DNA from: Eledone cirrhosa
Taxonomy: Eukaryota
NCBI GenBank assembly: GCA_964016885.1
Contig: OZ024740.1
Location: forward strand, 59,520,001 to 59,584,000
Length of the DNA stretch: 64,000 nucleotides
Direction: 5' to 3'
A model generated the notes under the pieces. It was not told where the DNA came from. It searched no databases and saw only the letters and a program-made list of their open reading frames with translations. The position numbers and the translations under genes are program-made. How positions within the stretch are numbered: the first letter of the stretch is position 1; every line of letters starts with the position of its first letter. Positions 46,386-59,788 of the stretch are shown one piece after another.

Positions 46386-46849
46386 GTATACCTTCCTGTC
46401 AGTCAATTGAACTTTTGAAAGTATAAACTTTCCTTATGCATATTAACGGCTGAGCAGCCTAATTTGCATATCGAGTGAGTTAGTCGGCCGGGCGTACCGA
46501 AAACGATAAATGGAAAAAATGAAATTTCATTTCGCACTCTTAATATGGCTGATACTCAAATATAAGTATGTATACGTACATACATATATGTATACAGACG
46601 TACAGTAGTATGTATATACATACATACGTGCACACATATATATATGTACGTATGGGTTTACCGAACATTTATTATAATGTTCGGTTTGTTTGTAAACAAA
46701 CAGGTCGAACCAAGCCATACAATGTTTGGCAACCATTGTTGCCCTTTTGTTCAACACTGACAATTTTCTTTTAGATATATATATATATATATATACATAC
46801 TTATATATATATATATATCATCATCATCATCTATATATATATTTTTTTT

Positions 46850-47470
46850 TTGGTTATTGATGCCGTTAATTAAATTTTTGAAATCTTTTAGTTGGAATAA
46901 GACAATCATCAAAGTAGTGTTTTCAATTCTCTGATAAATATTTGTGGAAGTTCAATCCGTATTTTGATTTGGAGTGTTCATATATCTGAACTTCCAAGTA
47001 TGCCTTGACTAAGTTAGCATAAGATGGAGCGACTTTTGTACCCATCGCAGTCCCTAATATGTGCTTGTAAGTACTGCCATCGAAATAAAAAAAGTTGTTC
47101 TGTAAAATAAATTTTAATCCCTCGATGATGAAGCTTTTTTCTATTCTGTCAGGTATCTCATTGGGATACTTCTCTAGCCAGAATCCTATTGCTTCTAGTC
47201 CGTATTGATGTGGGATCATTGTGTAGAGATTCACTACATTGAAAGTGTCATTGTTGACATCTTTGAAAAGGTGGTTTATGAGGTCCAGATCGTCTCTTAC
47301 AAGGCTTGGTATGTGTTTGAGAATTGGTTTTAGTTGTATATCTATAAAGTTGCTTAGTCTGTGTGTTTCACATTGTGGGCCCAATGAGATACCTGACAGA
47401 ATAGAAAAAAACTTCATCACCGAGAGATTAAAATTTATTTTACAGAACAAGCTTTTTGATTTTGATTGGC
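46850..47470 (-). mobile_element. Penelope-like element RT fragment with a 5' inversion
   Basis: LSNFIDIQLKP..VRDDLD..FNVVNLYTMIPH..FILQNNFFYF..GTAMGTKVAPSYANL..YFDD; 47380-47470 is an inverted copy of 47075-47165. Confidence 0.9.
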
Positions 47471-47787
47471 ATGACAAAAGCAAATGCCCAGTCCACAATG
47501 TAAAGTAGTTGTGTAGGTGTGATAACAAAAAGCACCCAGTCCACACTGTAAAGTGGTCATGTAGGTATCACGACAAAAAGCACCCAGTCCTCGCTGTAAA
47601 GTGGTCATATTGGTGACATGGCAAAAAGCACATACTGTAAATGTGGTTGGTGTTAGGAAGGACATTCAGCTGTAGAAACCAAGCCAAATCAATTCTGAGT
47701 GAGTGAATCATGGTTCTGCACCCTGGTCCCTCACAAAGGGGAAGATGGACATTAAACAATGATCAAAGTTCAGTTTAAATCATTTAT

Positions 47788-47836
47788 TTGCTTACAATTG
47801 TTTCCTCCAAACCGAAGTTTGGATTCTTCGGAGCAA
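47788..47836 (-). ncRNA. Minimal type I hammerhead, CCGAAGA core, C(UUCG)G-capped stem II
   Basis: Minus strand ttgct-CCGAAGA-a-tccaaac(TTCG)gtttgga-g-GAAA-caattg-TA^-agcaa. Confidence 0.72.
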
Positions 47837-47959
47837 CTATTTAGTGATCTATAACATACTTGACCTCCTTTTCAACACAAGAGACATATAAAAACATATG
47901 CATATATTGACCCACAGTAGGATGACATCCATCATAATGATATAGCATGGCAATTTACA

Positions 47960-48262
47960 TATAAAAATAAAAATAAAAATAAAAATAAAAATAAAAATAA
48001 AAATAAAAATAAAAATAAAAATAAAAATAAAAATAAAAATAAAAATAAAAATAAAAATAAAAATAAAAATAAAAATAAAAATAAAAATAAAAATAAAAAT
48101 AAAAATAAAAATAAAAATAAAAATAAAAATAAAAATAAAAATAAAAATAAAAATAAAAATAAAAATAAAAATAATAAAAATAAAAATAAAAATAAAAATA
48201 AAAATAATAAAAATAAAAATAAAAATAGAAATAGAAATAGAAATAAAAATAAAAATAAAAAT
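47960..48262. repeat. (AAAAAT)n hexanucleotide microsatellite
   Basis: About 50 mostly perfect units. Confidence 0.97.
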
Positions 48263-49150
48263 GAAACATTGGCAGTTTATGAAGATAAAGCAAGAGGAAA
48301 GTTTAGAGTAGTCAGTGTATGAAACAATCTCACGTGTAGCATGCACGCGTGTCTTATTTATACAGGATTAGAGTGCGGCAGATTGTTACTTGTAGGATCA
48401 GGCAGTTAAAGCAGGCAATCGATAGTATTATGTGGGCTGTATTGTTAAATCATTTTTTCGCATACACCTGTATGATATACAATCCCGAATGTAGAGAAAC
48501 ACCAAAATATCAAAAATATCAAACATATTATAAAACATTATAACATAGGCAAAACAGTACCACTGTCTTCGCGCACATAATCCATGAAACGCAATATATA
48601 GACTACAGGTCTATCATACAATCCACGATGGTTCAGCATAGAACCAAGTTATAAACCATATCTTGTCGATTCTTAATTAATAGATCATGTTGTTTAGTTT
48701 TGTGAGATGATATTATATTCCGGAAGTGTGTGTGTGACCAAGGGGAGTTAATGCGTAAGGGGAGTTAATGCGTAAGGGGAGGTAACTAGCTGATTTTTTT
48801 AGTTAAATTTATTATCCTAAATTACATTAATGGTGTTTCAAATAAGTGCCTATCATATGATGTTATAACTAATTTCTAGATTAGGTTACTTATCTATAGG
48901 TTACAGTGTAGTCTATTAAGAAGTACTAAAGGTGTATATATCAGGATGATTACCTTCTATTAAGGAGTGCCATACCTGAACATTCTATAAGAAGAGTCAG
49001 ACCTCCAAATCAATGTTCTTTGTAAGTGTAGTCCACCCGCAGAACCTGGCAGAGTCCTATTATTATATATGACTCCCGGTAAGCTCTGGGTCATTATATG
49101 TCTGAATCCTTGGCAAATTTAAATATCTCCAGGGTGGTCCGGAGATCAAT

Positions 49151-49197
<47 letters not shown>

Positions 49198-49198
<1 letters not shown>

Positions 49199-49748
49199 CA
49201 AATTACTCTTATATATTCCTTAAATATATTTTGTTAAACTTGCTAAGTTTTACGCAAAACTTTGAGTGCCTATTTAAACTCTTAACCTCTCTGCTCCATC
49301 CCATCTTCTACCCCCTACCCATACATCATGCTGGTTCCTGCACCCCCCCCCCTCCCTCTCTATACATATAAGATAAATCCTACCAAAATTAATCAAAATC
49401 GCCAACTCGCTATTCTGGGATGGCTGTTCCCTCGGTATAAAGTAACGTTCAAATATTTTTCTCGATTCTTCTCTCCATTCTAATCCATTAGTCATTCATT
49501 CAATCACCATTCTATGTCATATTTTCACACTATATCATATTTTCACCATTCTATATCATATTTTTTCTCTAAAATCATATTTTCCCTACCACCGCATTTT
49601 CTCTATCGTATTTTCTTAAACAAAACAAATCTTGTATTTTCGTTTATTGTTAAATTATGCCCAAAATACAGGGATCTTATCTTAAACCTTACATTCTCGC
49701 TTTGCAAGTTTAACAAAATATATTTAAGGAATATATAAGAGTGATTTG

Positions 49749-49749
<1 letters not shown>
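49198..49749. mobile_element. MITE-like element with 46-bp TIRs inside a (TA)n tract
   Basis: acaaattactcttatatattccttaaatatattttgttaaacttgc and its reverse complement (1 mismatch) at 49704-49749; (TA)n on both sides. Confidence 0.85.
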
Positions 49750-49819
<70 letters not shown>

Positions 49820-51974
49820 CATATATACATAAATAAATATATTAAATAAAAATGGCGTAGGCTTTACAATACAATGGGAGGAAACATAATAGTACCACTG
49901 ATGATGTCGCAGATGTGTGATGAAAGAACTTTGATAGATTATATATATATATTTATATCTGTATTTTAACCGTTTATCAATCAATGATAAACATTGATTG
50001 CAAATAAATCAACTATGGAGATATAAAAGATACAGAAGTGAAAACCAACCCAAACCAAACAGTGAGTGTGTTCTGTTATTATTTCTGGCAATATTATAAC
50101 AATATGACCCCCCCCCCCCCAAGTATAACAATATATATATATATATAGATAGATATATGTATGCAGTGGTTGTGATGGTGGCATGGTAAAAAGCACCCAG
50201 CACTGTAAAGTGGTTGTGTAGGTGTCACAACAAAAAGTACCCAATACTCACTGTAAATTCAGGTGTAGAAACCAAGCCAAAATCAGGTCACCTGATCTAG
50301 CATTGACCACAACAGGACAACTTGTCTGAGGACTACTACCATGAGGAAATGGATGTAAAACAGTTTTGATGATGATATATATAAACAAATAGTAGAGAGG
50401 AAATAGATTTTTTCAGTAGAAAATGCTGAAGAGATTCTTTCAGTATAATATCAAAACATTTATTTATAAAGTGGATATTTCCGCATTTAATAATGGACAG
50501 GTTGTTACACACCATCAATATTTAATCAGAGTTACTCTCCTCCTAGATGAGTCAGTGGACCACACCAATTTCAATATGTTCTGTTTTTGCATAGTTTCTA
50601 TTGTTGGAGACTGTTCCTAACACATTTCTATGCTGGGTGGATTTTATCATGTCATGGTTTGTATGGCTGGATGCTCTTCCTAACACCAACCACTTTACAG
50701 GGTGTACTGATTGTATTTTAAGGTCCAATCTATGTTAGCATGTAAAATAGACATAAAAATGATGATATCCTTATCATCATATATGTGTGGAATGGGACAA
50801 ACCAACTCTATATGCATATGTGCGAGTTCTTGTCCCTGTGTTTTTTTTCTTTTAATTTGTAGGGATATTTATTTATGTGCTAAACAAACGTCCCACAGTT
50901 CAGCTGCCTGATGGGCAACGTTCAGTGCCTTCATAAAAAGAAAACAAAAAAACAATGACGGTTGGCATCAGAAAAGACATTTGGTTGTAAAATACTACTT
51001 TTGAATATTTTATCCAGCCAGTGCTGGCATAGAAACAAAATAAGCCTAACAAACAATGATGATGATAATGATGATCCTTTGTTATTTCTAGATAAAGTAT
51101 TTAGTTCTACATTACTATTCTACATTCACCTAACAGTTCGGAATAAGTACCTATTTACTTTAGAATGCTCTAGTGATAGATCAATATCATATCTTTAATC
51201 CGCTGGACTCAGAGCTAAAGACCGGCTTTTAAAAGCTTCTCTAGTTTTATGAAGCATTTACATTTTTTACTAAATGATTAACAAGAAAAAGTCATCATCC
51301 ATTTTCCTTGCTAGTAAAGGTTCTTCACTTATATATAATTAACATATTATGGCTAATTATAGCAGGTCAAATGACCATGTTAATATCTACACAGAAAAGC
51401 ACAATGCTCTGACAGATTGCAGAAACGACATAAACAAACTCCAACCAAAACTGAATAGAAAACATGAGTGGAATAGCAGCAACATCACAACTAGTAATTA
51501 AGGAGAAGATAAAGACATACAAAGACACAAGAACCAAACTAATAAAACAAACCAGGCACACACAGATAGAACAAGCAACCAGCTGGTAACAAATAAATAA
51601 ATGTATAAATGAATAAATAAAAACACACACCTACCCAGATATAACACATGTACTACTCAAGTACACAACACGCAGCTTACAAAAACAAGATGGTGTAGGA
51701 CAGAACAAAGGAGAGATACAAATTACCAAAGTAGTCACTGAGGAGGTCACAGAAAATGTGACGAAAGAGCTTTGACAATAAACAAATAAATAAGCATCCG
51801 ATTATTAAACTAAGCAACTGGAAGTTTATAATAAATTGAAGTGTAAACCAACAGGTGCAGGGGTTTCTATTAGCAGCATAACCCTTTCAAAGTATAACAG
51901 CATCTGTGTTTCAACACACGTTTTCAGTTAAAAAAATCTTTCAAAACAATATATATATATAAAAACATATGATT

Positions 51975-52330
51975 GAAACATGGGCAGTAAATGCAGAGAA
52001 TATGTGTAGGTTGGAGAGAAATGAGTGAGCATGATGAACTGAGAGTGAAACTGGGTATAAGAGGAATCAAATGTAGTGTGTAAGAGAAGAAACTGCACTG
52101 GCAGGACCATGTAATGCATATGGATGATGATAACTATGTGAAAAAGTACTAGGATTTCCAAGTGGAAGGGAGCTGCAGTAGAGAAAAGCCAAATAAAACC
52201 TGGTCAGAAGTGGTGAGAGTTGATCTCAAAACACTGAACGCAATGAGTGGAGGGAAGCTATGTTGGAAAAGACCCATCCAATCAATGTAAACATTAAAAA
52301 GTGGATATATAAAAGATGATGACAATGATA
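51975..52330 (+). mobile_element. Old decayed RTE 3' fragment
   Basis: ETWAVNAENMCRLERNE..ELRVKLGIRGIKCSV..RRNCTG, then an RTE-like tail. Confidence 0.7.
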
Positions 52331-53499
52331 CATATACACACATATATCTATATCTATCATCTGTCTGTGTGCAATCAGCCCTTTCTGTTGGTCTTGTTAC
52401 AAGATTTGAATGAGTTATGATTTATAAAAATTCGAATATTACAGATAAATATTTGTAATATCTTTCAGTTCTTCACTTCTTAAAAAAAATTGAGGTAAGA
52501 TCAGTACTTTTGAACTATGAGTTGTGCCACAAATTTTGTTCTTGAGAATGAATGATGCTACGATATTTGGCTCATATTCTTCTTAATAATGCAACACCCT
52601 AAATAATATATCTTGAAATATACAAATATTATCTATAGAAAAACATTTGGTATTATTGATAAATGCGAAATCTCTTTATTCTATAGAATCAGACTTATTA
52701 AACAAAGTCAATAAAGAATGAATTGTTTGAACAAATCAAATATCAGAAGTATCATATTTATAAAGTAAAAGACCGAAATAGCACCACTTCCTGGTATTTA
52801 AGGCAAAGGTTACCTAACACAGAAACATGAAATATAAGTCATTAGTTTTGACCTTCAAATTATACAATCAGTGTTGAAAGATAAACATTTTAACAAGGAG
52901 ATCTAGACACTTAAAAAAAAATTGAAGATATAAAAATCTCTGAAGCAAGACATCTGAATTTACTATAGCCAAAAGTAAAAGATTTCACCCCAGATGATTC
53001 TTAGATAGTGATATTACCTGATATCTTAATCTCGTAATATCAGGATCAATCTTCTGTGACAAAGGGAATTACTTTCGCTGTTTTATACCCCCAAAGTGAC
53101 ATCAACACAACAACAAATTTGATGTGGATTGGAAAACTAATGTGCAACATTAATAAACATTTTCTTAAACTGTCCTGTGATGTTCAACAGTTTCCTCTAT
53201 CTTTCTTCAAATAGACAGATACTGAATAGTAGGATGTGGCGCCATTTTTAATCTGTTTCTAGTGTTGTGATTTATTTTGGTTAATTTTGTCACATTCCAC
53301 TCTTATTACAACTAAAGCCATATGATATAGAATATTGATACACTCACGTTTCACTTCACCCATGATACGAATGAATACACAATCTATTATTGTTCACAAA
53401 CATATTCTGTGCAAAACTACATATGAATGTGCATAGACAACTATAAATTTACAATTTCCTTCACACACACACACATATATCTATATATATGTGTGTGTG

Positions 53500-53530
<31 letters not shown>

Positions 53531-54564
53531 GTATCATCATCATTGTTTAATGTCTGCTTTCCCTGCTAGCAAGGGTATGTATTCTTTGATTTTTTTTTAC
53601 TAGTTTTACTTCTTAGGCTGAAGCCATATTGAGGATTTTAGTTGATTATATCAACTTCAGTACTTTGTCTGGTATATATTTTGTAGATTCAATTTGATGT
53701 TGTGGGTTGTAATATGGACTAAATACTACACAGTATTTTTGTTCACCACATTGATTTTTGTTTGGCTACTTCATGCCAACGTACACACACAAACATATAT
53801 ATAAGATAAATTTAAATAATAAAAATATTAAATATTTACAGTGTATATTAGACATCTAAGATAAATTTAATGTAAGATTATTAGTACAATATTATCATTT
53901 TTGTAGCAGGCAGAAGATGAGTTATGTGTTTGTCTGTCTGTATGCTAAAGTTCTATAGTGTTTTCTAATTTTCATAAGTAACACAGAGCTTTTTCTCTAA
54001 GGAGTTAAATTATGTAAAGCTGCTTTACATTGTTACTATATCACCAAGTACATTTTGTGAGAGTTATTATAGTATATACTTATACTATGTGGAGCATTGT
54101 TTCTGAAAATATACCACATAATCAACATTTGTCCCCTTTTTTTTTTTTCAGTGGTACATGCTGTAAAGTGGTTAATGATAGGAAGGGCATCCAGCCATAG
54201 AAAGTTTGCCTAACAAAGGGTAGAAAAGGCCCCTCAGTCATGTCAAGGATATGACAGTCTCCTTGGTGTTGGGGATCTACATAATAAACATATCTAGTAC
54301 ATGTAAAGCGGTTGGTGATAGGAAGAGCATCCAGCCATAGAAAGCTTCTCAAAGGTTGGGAGGACCCTTCAGTTATGTCAAAGACGTGAAAACCTCTCCT
54401 ATGCACTTGGTAGAACATGGGACAATACATAAGTGACATGCAGATCCCTGGCCTGTCTGGGAGATCAGTAGCTCTGCTTCAGTACTGACTTGGTCTATGT
54501 AGACCCATCCAACTCTTACTAGCAGGGAGTGGACATTAAAACGATGATGATCATCATCATTTTC

Positions 54565-55000
54565 AATATATATCTAATAGAGTGCCTTTTCTTCTATGTT
54601 AAATGTAGTTGTTTCTGTCTTATTTAGACTGGAATTGTTCTTCCAGACTGTGTTAGTTTTTGCTTTATATATTATATATGTGATATCCAATTCACAGAAG
54701 TATTGGCCATGTAAAGACATACCTATATGTTTGTTAATTATGGTTGTTGTATGTGTCATCAATATGTCTTTTAGCTGCTGTTTTAGGTTAAGATTTTAGT
54801 TATTCTAAATCTGATCCAATTTCTTAAGAGATTATGTTGCTGTAGTGATAATCAGGTTATTGTCTTTGCAGTATCTCAATCAACAATAGTACATACCAGG
54901 CCCTCTGGCAGCTAGAAAGATAGTAGACAGCATTGGTAATTGCCTTCTTAAATGGCTTTCTACATTCATAGTCTTCTATCATGTTCTCCTCTTGAGATGT
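54565..55000 (-). mobile_element. Decayed R4-like fragment
   Basis: Minus strand MSLHGQYFCELD...W..SSLNKTE, matching the HGQY block of R4-type elements. Confidence 0.5.
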
Positions 55001-56274
55001 ACAGTCACTGTATGTCAGACATATATTTTATATGATGCATTTCTTATTAGTAGGTTGACAGAATCACGAGAGCATCAAATAAAATGCTTTGTGATATTTA
55101 TTCTAGAGTTCAAACCCTGCGGTGGTCAACTTTGTCTTTAATTCCTCCAGAGTCAATAAAATAGTGTACCAGTCAAGTACTGGCATCAATTTAAATCAAC
55201 TTTCCCTTCTTCTACTGAATGGCCTTGTGCCTAAATGCCTAGATTATAAACCAGGTCATGATAACCTGTCTAGGACCATAATAAAATGCACATAGTACAC
55301 GCTGTAAGGCAGTTGCTATGTGGAAGGTTATCTAGCTGTAGAAACCATACCAAAAATCAGAATGTGTGTAAGCAAGACATGATCCCTGGCCTGTCTGATA
55401 GGACAATAACTCCTTTTAAGTACTAACTTGATCTGTGATGACTCATCCAACCCATGCCAACATAGAAAAACAGGTGTTAAATGGTGGTGGTGGTGATGAT
55501 GATTTTTTTTTTCAAATCCACTTTTGCACATGTTATCTCTCCATAATTTCACCCTTGTATTTTTCCAAATTTCTCCAAACTAGTTTTGTAATTTAATTTT
55601 TTTAAATTTATTCATAACATTTTCATAAAAAGATGGTTAAAAATATCTGTATCTTCTCTAATTAGGAGATACACTACTATTTTTCTGCTGTTGTCTGTTA
55701 GAAATCTTCTCAATTAAAAATCTTAAAAATCTTAGTGTTGATGTTTAAAGAGAGCCAAGCACTGTGAGACAGTTATGATAAGAATGGTACCAATCACACA
55801 GAGGCTTCCATTTGGCTTGACATTTTTACCAGCTAAAAGAAAAATACGATTTTGTCTGAAAAATCTCTAAAGAAATTATGAAAAAACACTATCAACACCA
55901 ACACCATCACAAAATAAAACTGTTGTGAATTACAACACCACTTCCATCAACCCTCAATCACCACTACCAACAAGTCCCATTTCATTATTTTTAATGAAAA
56001 AGATTTTGTGGCTATGCCAGTCTCAAGGGAGAGTAATAGAGATGACAAAGATAATGGTGATGAAAGTGAAGGTAGAAGTAAAAATAACATGACAACAACA
56101 ACAGCATCATCATCATCTCCAATGTTTCTATAGCTACAGGGAATATCATCTAAATACATACTTACTTTCACTTTTCTTTTGGTCAGTAACATTTCCACTT
56201 TTGTCAAAAACAATATTTTTTCACAACCTCATTCATAGTAGTCCCAAGGAAATGGAAAACAGAACTAGTAACAA

Positions 56275-57042
56275 ATCCTTCCAAGGTCACTAAAATAAAG
56301 TACCAGTAAGGCACTGGAGTCAGTTTAATCAATTTTCCCCATCCCTTCAAATTACTGGCCATGCGCCAAAAGTAGAAACAATTATTATTATTATTAGGGC
56401 GGTGGATTGGCAGTATTGGTGGAGGGTCGGACACCATGCTTTCCAGCATAGTTACGTCCCTTTATGATCTGAGTTCAAATCCTGCTGAGATTGACTTTGC
56501 CTTTCATCCTTATGGGGTCGATAAAATAAAGTACCAGTAATGCACTGGGTAATTGTTGGCCTTGTGCCTAAAATAGAAACAGTTATTATTAGGGTGGTGG
56601 ATTGGTAATATTGGTAGAGCGTCAGACAACATGCCTTGCAGCATAGAGTTACGTCCTTTTAAGTTCTGAGTTCAAATCCTGCCACGGTTAACTTTGCCTT
56701 TCATCCTTACGGGGTTGATAAAATAAAGTACCAGTAACACACTTGGGTAATTGCTGGCCTTGTGTCAAAAGAAGAAACAATTATTATTATTATTACATTA
56801 TTACTGGGTGATAGATCGGCAGTGTTGGTAGAGCATGAGACACCATGCTTTGTAACATAGAGTTACGTCCCTTTACGTCCTGAGTTCAAATCCCGCTGAG
56901 GTTAGCTTTGCCTTTCATCCTTACAGGGGTCCATAAAATAAAGCACCAGTAATGCACTGCGGTTGATTTAATCGACTTTCTCCTTCCCTTCAAATTGCTG
57001 GCCTTGTGCCTAACATAGAAACAATTATTATTATTATTATAT
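56275..57042 (+). mobile_element. Array of four head-to-tail SINE A copies
   Basis: Units at about 56275, 56397, 56592 and 56805, separated only by (TTA)n. Confidence 0.88.
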
Positions 57043-57889
57043 TTTCATAGTTTCCTCATGATAGTACATAAACCCTCCTACAGATATTTGGTAGAAGTAA
57101 GTAGTCTTATTTGTTATGTAATTATTTTCTTGAAAGGAAGAACAAGTTTTTATATTTCTAGAAGAGAGGAAATTGAATGTTCCAAAACTTTCTAACGGCA
57201 AATACTGATGTATGTGAAATGAAATAGCTTAAATCAAAATTAAGAATGTAGGAATCTTATAAGAACACTATATTTTGTGTTTGGATATGGATGGTTTGCT
57301 AGAAGTTCTTCGAATTTTGTTTTTTGTTTTTTGTTTTTTTATTACTGTTATTGTTGTGGCTCTTGTTATTATAAGATTAATCATTTCCGTGGGGATGGGC
57401 TTGATAAAATAAGTATCACTCAAGTGCTGGGGCTGATTGAAATGACTTTTACATTTTAGAATGTATGTGGCTAGGTGGCAAGGTAAAGAATAATGTTGAT
57501 AAGGTTCATAATAACTGTGATGACAATCATGATAAAAGGAGATTGAAAGATTATATTTATACACAAGCATAGGAATGTAATCGAGGGAAGACTTTTTGTA
57601 TTTAGAAAAAAATTTCACAAAATGTTTACAGTGAGTTTGCAAAGGTATCCAAACAGAATGAGAGGAAATTAATACAAATAGCTCTCAAACTTTACCAAAA
57701 TATAAAATTGTTTTCAGTACTAAAGAACAGATGCTGACATAGTTGCATGGATACAGGAGTGGACACAGCAATACACGTGTGTGTGCAAGAGAGGGATAGA
57801 GAGAGTGAGTGAGAGAGCATCCTCATATGTTTTTAACCATTTTGTGCTACTTTTTTATATGTCTAGACACTTGTGATTAATAAACAAAA

Positions 57890-58340
57890 TAATTGTTTCT
57901 ACTTTAGGCACAAGGCCAGCACATACCCAGTATATTACTGGTACTTTATTTTATCGACCTCGTAAGGATGAAAGGCAAAGTTAACCTCGGCGGGATTTGA
58001 ACTCAGACCGTAAAGGGACGTAACTATGCTGGAAAGCATGGCGTCCGACCCCCTACCGATACTGCCAATCCACCGCCATGATTAATAAACAAAATAATAC
58101 TTATTATTATTGCACTAGCGGTGGATTGGCAGAATCGGTAGAGTATCGGACACCATGCTTCATGGCATAGAGTTGTGGCCCTTTATATTCTGAGTTGAAA
58201 TCCGGCTGAGGTTAGCTTTGCCTTTCATCCTTACAGGGCCAATAAATAAAGCACCAGTAATACACTGGGTCAATTTAATTGACTTCAAGTTCCCCCCAAA
58301 AATTGCTGGCCTTGTGCCTAAAGTAGGAACAATTATCATT
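57890..58340. mobile_element. Two SINE A copies, head to head
   Basis: Minus copy 57890-58079 with TSD-like tgattaataaacaaaataat on both sides; plus copy 58117-58340. Confidence 0.85.
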
Positions 58341-58969
58341 GAGCTAGTATGCTTTAATTACAGATTGATTTTCCTAAGGTATCATTATCATCATCATTAT
58401 CACTGTTTTACATCCATTCTTCCACGCTAGTATGGGTTAGACGGGTTGTCCTGTTGTGGGCAATGCCAAGTCAGGTGACCATGTCTTGCTCATACAGAAC
58501 TGATTCTGGCTTGATTTATACAGCTGGATGCCCTTCCTAACACCAACTTCATTTACAGTGAGTACTGGGTGCTTTTTCACTGTGGCGCCTACACAACCAC
58601 TTTACAGTGTAGACTGGGTGATTTTTTGTTGTGACACATACACGACCACTTAACAGTGGGATCTATATGTATTCTATTGTTTTCCTTTTGTGTCGTTTTG
58701 TCTGATTGTTTTTAAATTATACTGAGAAGATTCAAAATTTGTTTACAATACTTGTGTGTAGTATATGTTTAAAGTCCTGTGATATTCTGGTAATCTAGTT
58801 GTCTTTCAATGATATTCTCAAATAAACTGTTATGGAGAGTCGTAAAATCAATCCCCAGTCCTCTATTTCAGATAAATTATTAATTCCAGAGTGTCAGTAA
58901 TTGGAATTCATACATCTACTAGCAGACATATTTGTTTGATTGTTATTAGTATTATTGATATTATTATCA

Positions 58970-59400
58970 AGAGTGGTGGATTGGCAGAATCAGTAGAGTG
59001 TCATACATAATGCTTTGCAGCATAGAGTCATGGCCCTTTGCGTTCTGAGTTCAAATCCCGCCTGGGTTAACTTTGCTTTTCATCCTTACAGGGTCGATAA
59101 AATAAAGCACCAGTAATGCACTGGGGTCAATTTAATTGACTTTCCCCTTCCCCAAATGACTGTCCTTGTGCCTAAATCAGAGACCATTATTATCGATATT
59201 ATTGAGGGTGGTGGATTGGCAGTATCGGTAGAGGGTCGGACGCCATGCTTTGACGTAAAGAGTTACGGCCCTTGCCATTCTGAGTTCAAATCCCGCCGAG
59301 GTTAACTTTGCCTTTCATCCTTATGGGGTCGATAAAATAAAGTACCAGTAATGCACTGGGTAATTACTGGCCTTGTGCCAAAAGTAGAAACAATTATTAT
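58970..59400 (+). mobile_element. Two tandem SINE A copies
   Basis: A long and a short subtype, each ending attattat. Confidence 0.85.
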
Positions 59401-59402
59401 CG

Positions 59403-59788
59403 GTATCGCTTATTACTGTTATATGCTTTATTTAAAACCTTCTCCTCGCTTAATATTAATTTTGGCCGAAATTTTCCAGGATTCATGCCCAGAATCCAAT
59501 CCTGCTTTCTCAATGCTATTCTATAATTCTGTCTGGTTGGTCTAAATAATCTTGTGTATTTTAAAATCCCAGTGTATCGCTTATTACTGTTATATGCTTT
59601 ATTTAAAACCTTCTCCTCGCTTAATATTAATTTTGGCCGAAATTTTCCAGGATTCATGCCCAGAATCCAATCCTGCTTTCTCAATGCTATTCTATAATTC
59701 TGTCTGGTTGGTCTAAATAATCTTGTGTATTTTAAAATCCCAGTGTATCGCTTATTACTGTTATATGCTTTATTTAAAACCTTCTCCT
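59403..59788 (+). repeat. 171-bp tandem monomer (about 2.25 copies) at the 5' end of the second full-length RTE
   Basis: Units start at 59404, 59575 and 59746 and appear identical. Confidence 0.92.

Larger units (their letters stand above)
47763..49160 (-). mobile_element. Probable Penelope pseudo-LTR / non-autonomous remnant
   Basis: Hammerhead plus aataaa at the left end, with downstream sequence homologous to 11347-11378; an internal (AAAAAT)n expansion; the right boundary is uncertain. Confidence 0.5.
50380..57720 (+). pseudogene. Dispersed decayed LRR gene remnants (cluster 3)
   Basis: MLKRFFQYN..VDISAFNN (50423), LQDLNEL (~52396), LRYLAHILLNN (~52558), GLLEVLRI (~57293), LECMWLGG (~57456), IERLYLY (~57542). 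Confidence 0.38.

Noticed and set aside
46183-46510. Helitron (TC start at tctctctatatatataaa)
   Set aside because: No convincing 3' hairpin plus CTRR end; the tandem and hammerhead structure fits a PLE-type element better.
48738-48790. Triple 17-bp repeat aaggggagttaatgcgt as a regulatory array
   Set aside because: Most simply local slippage inside a TE remnant; no independent support.
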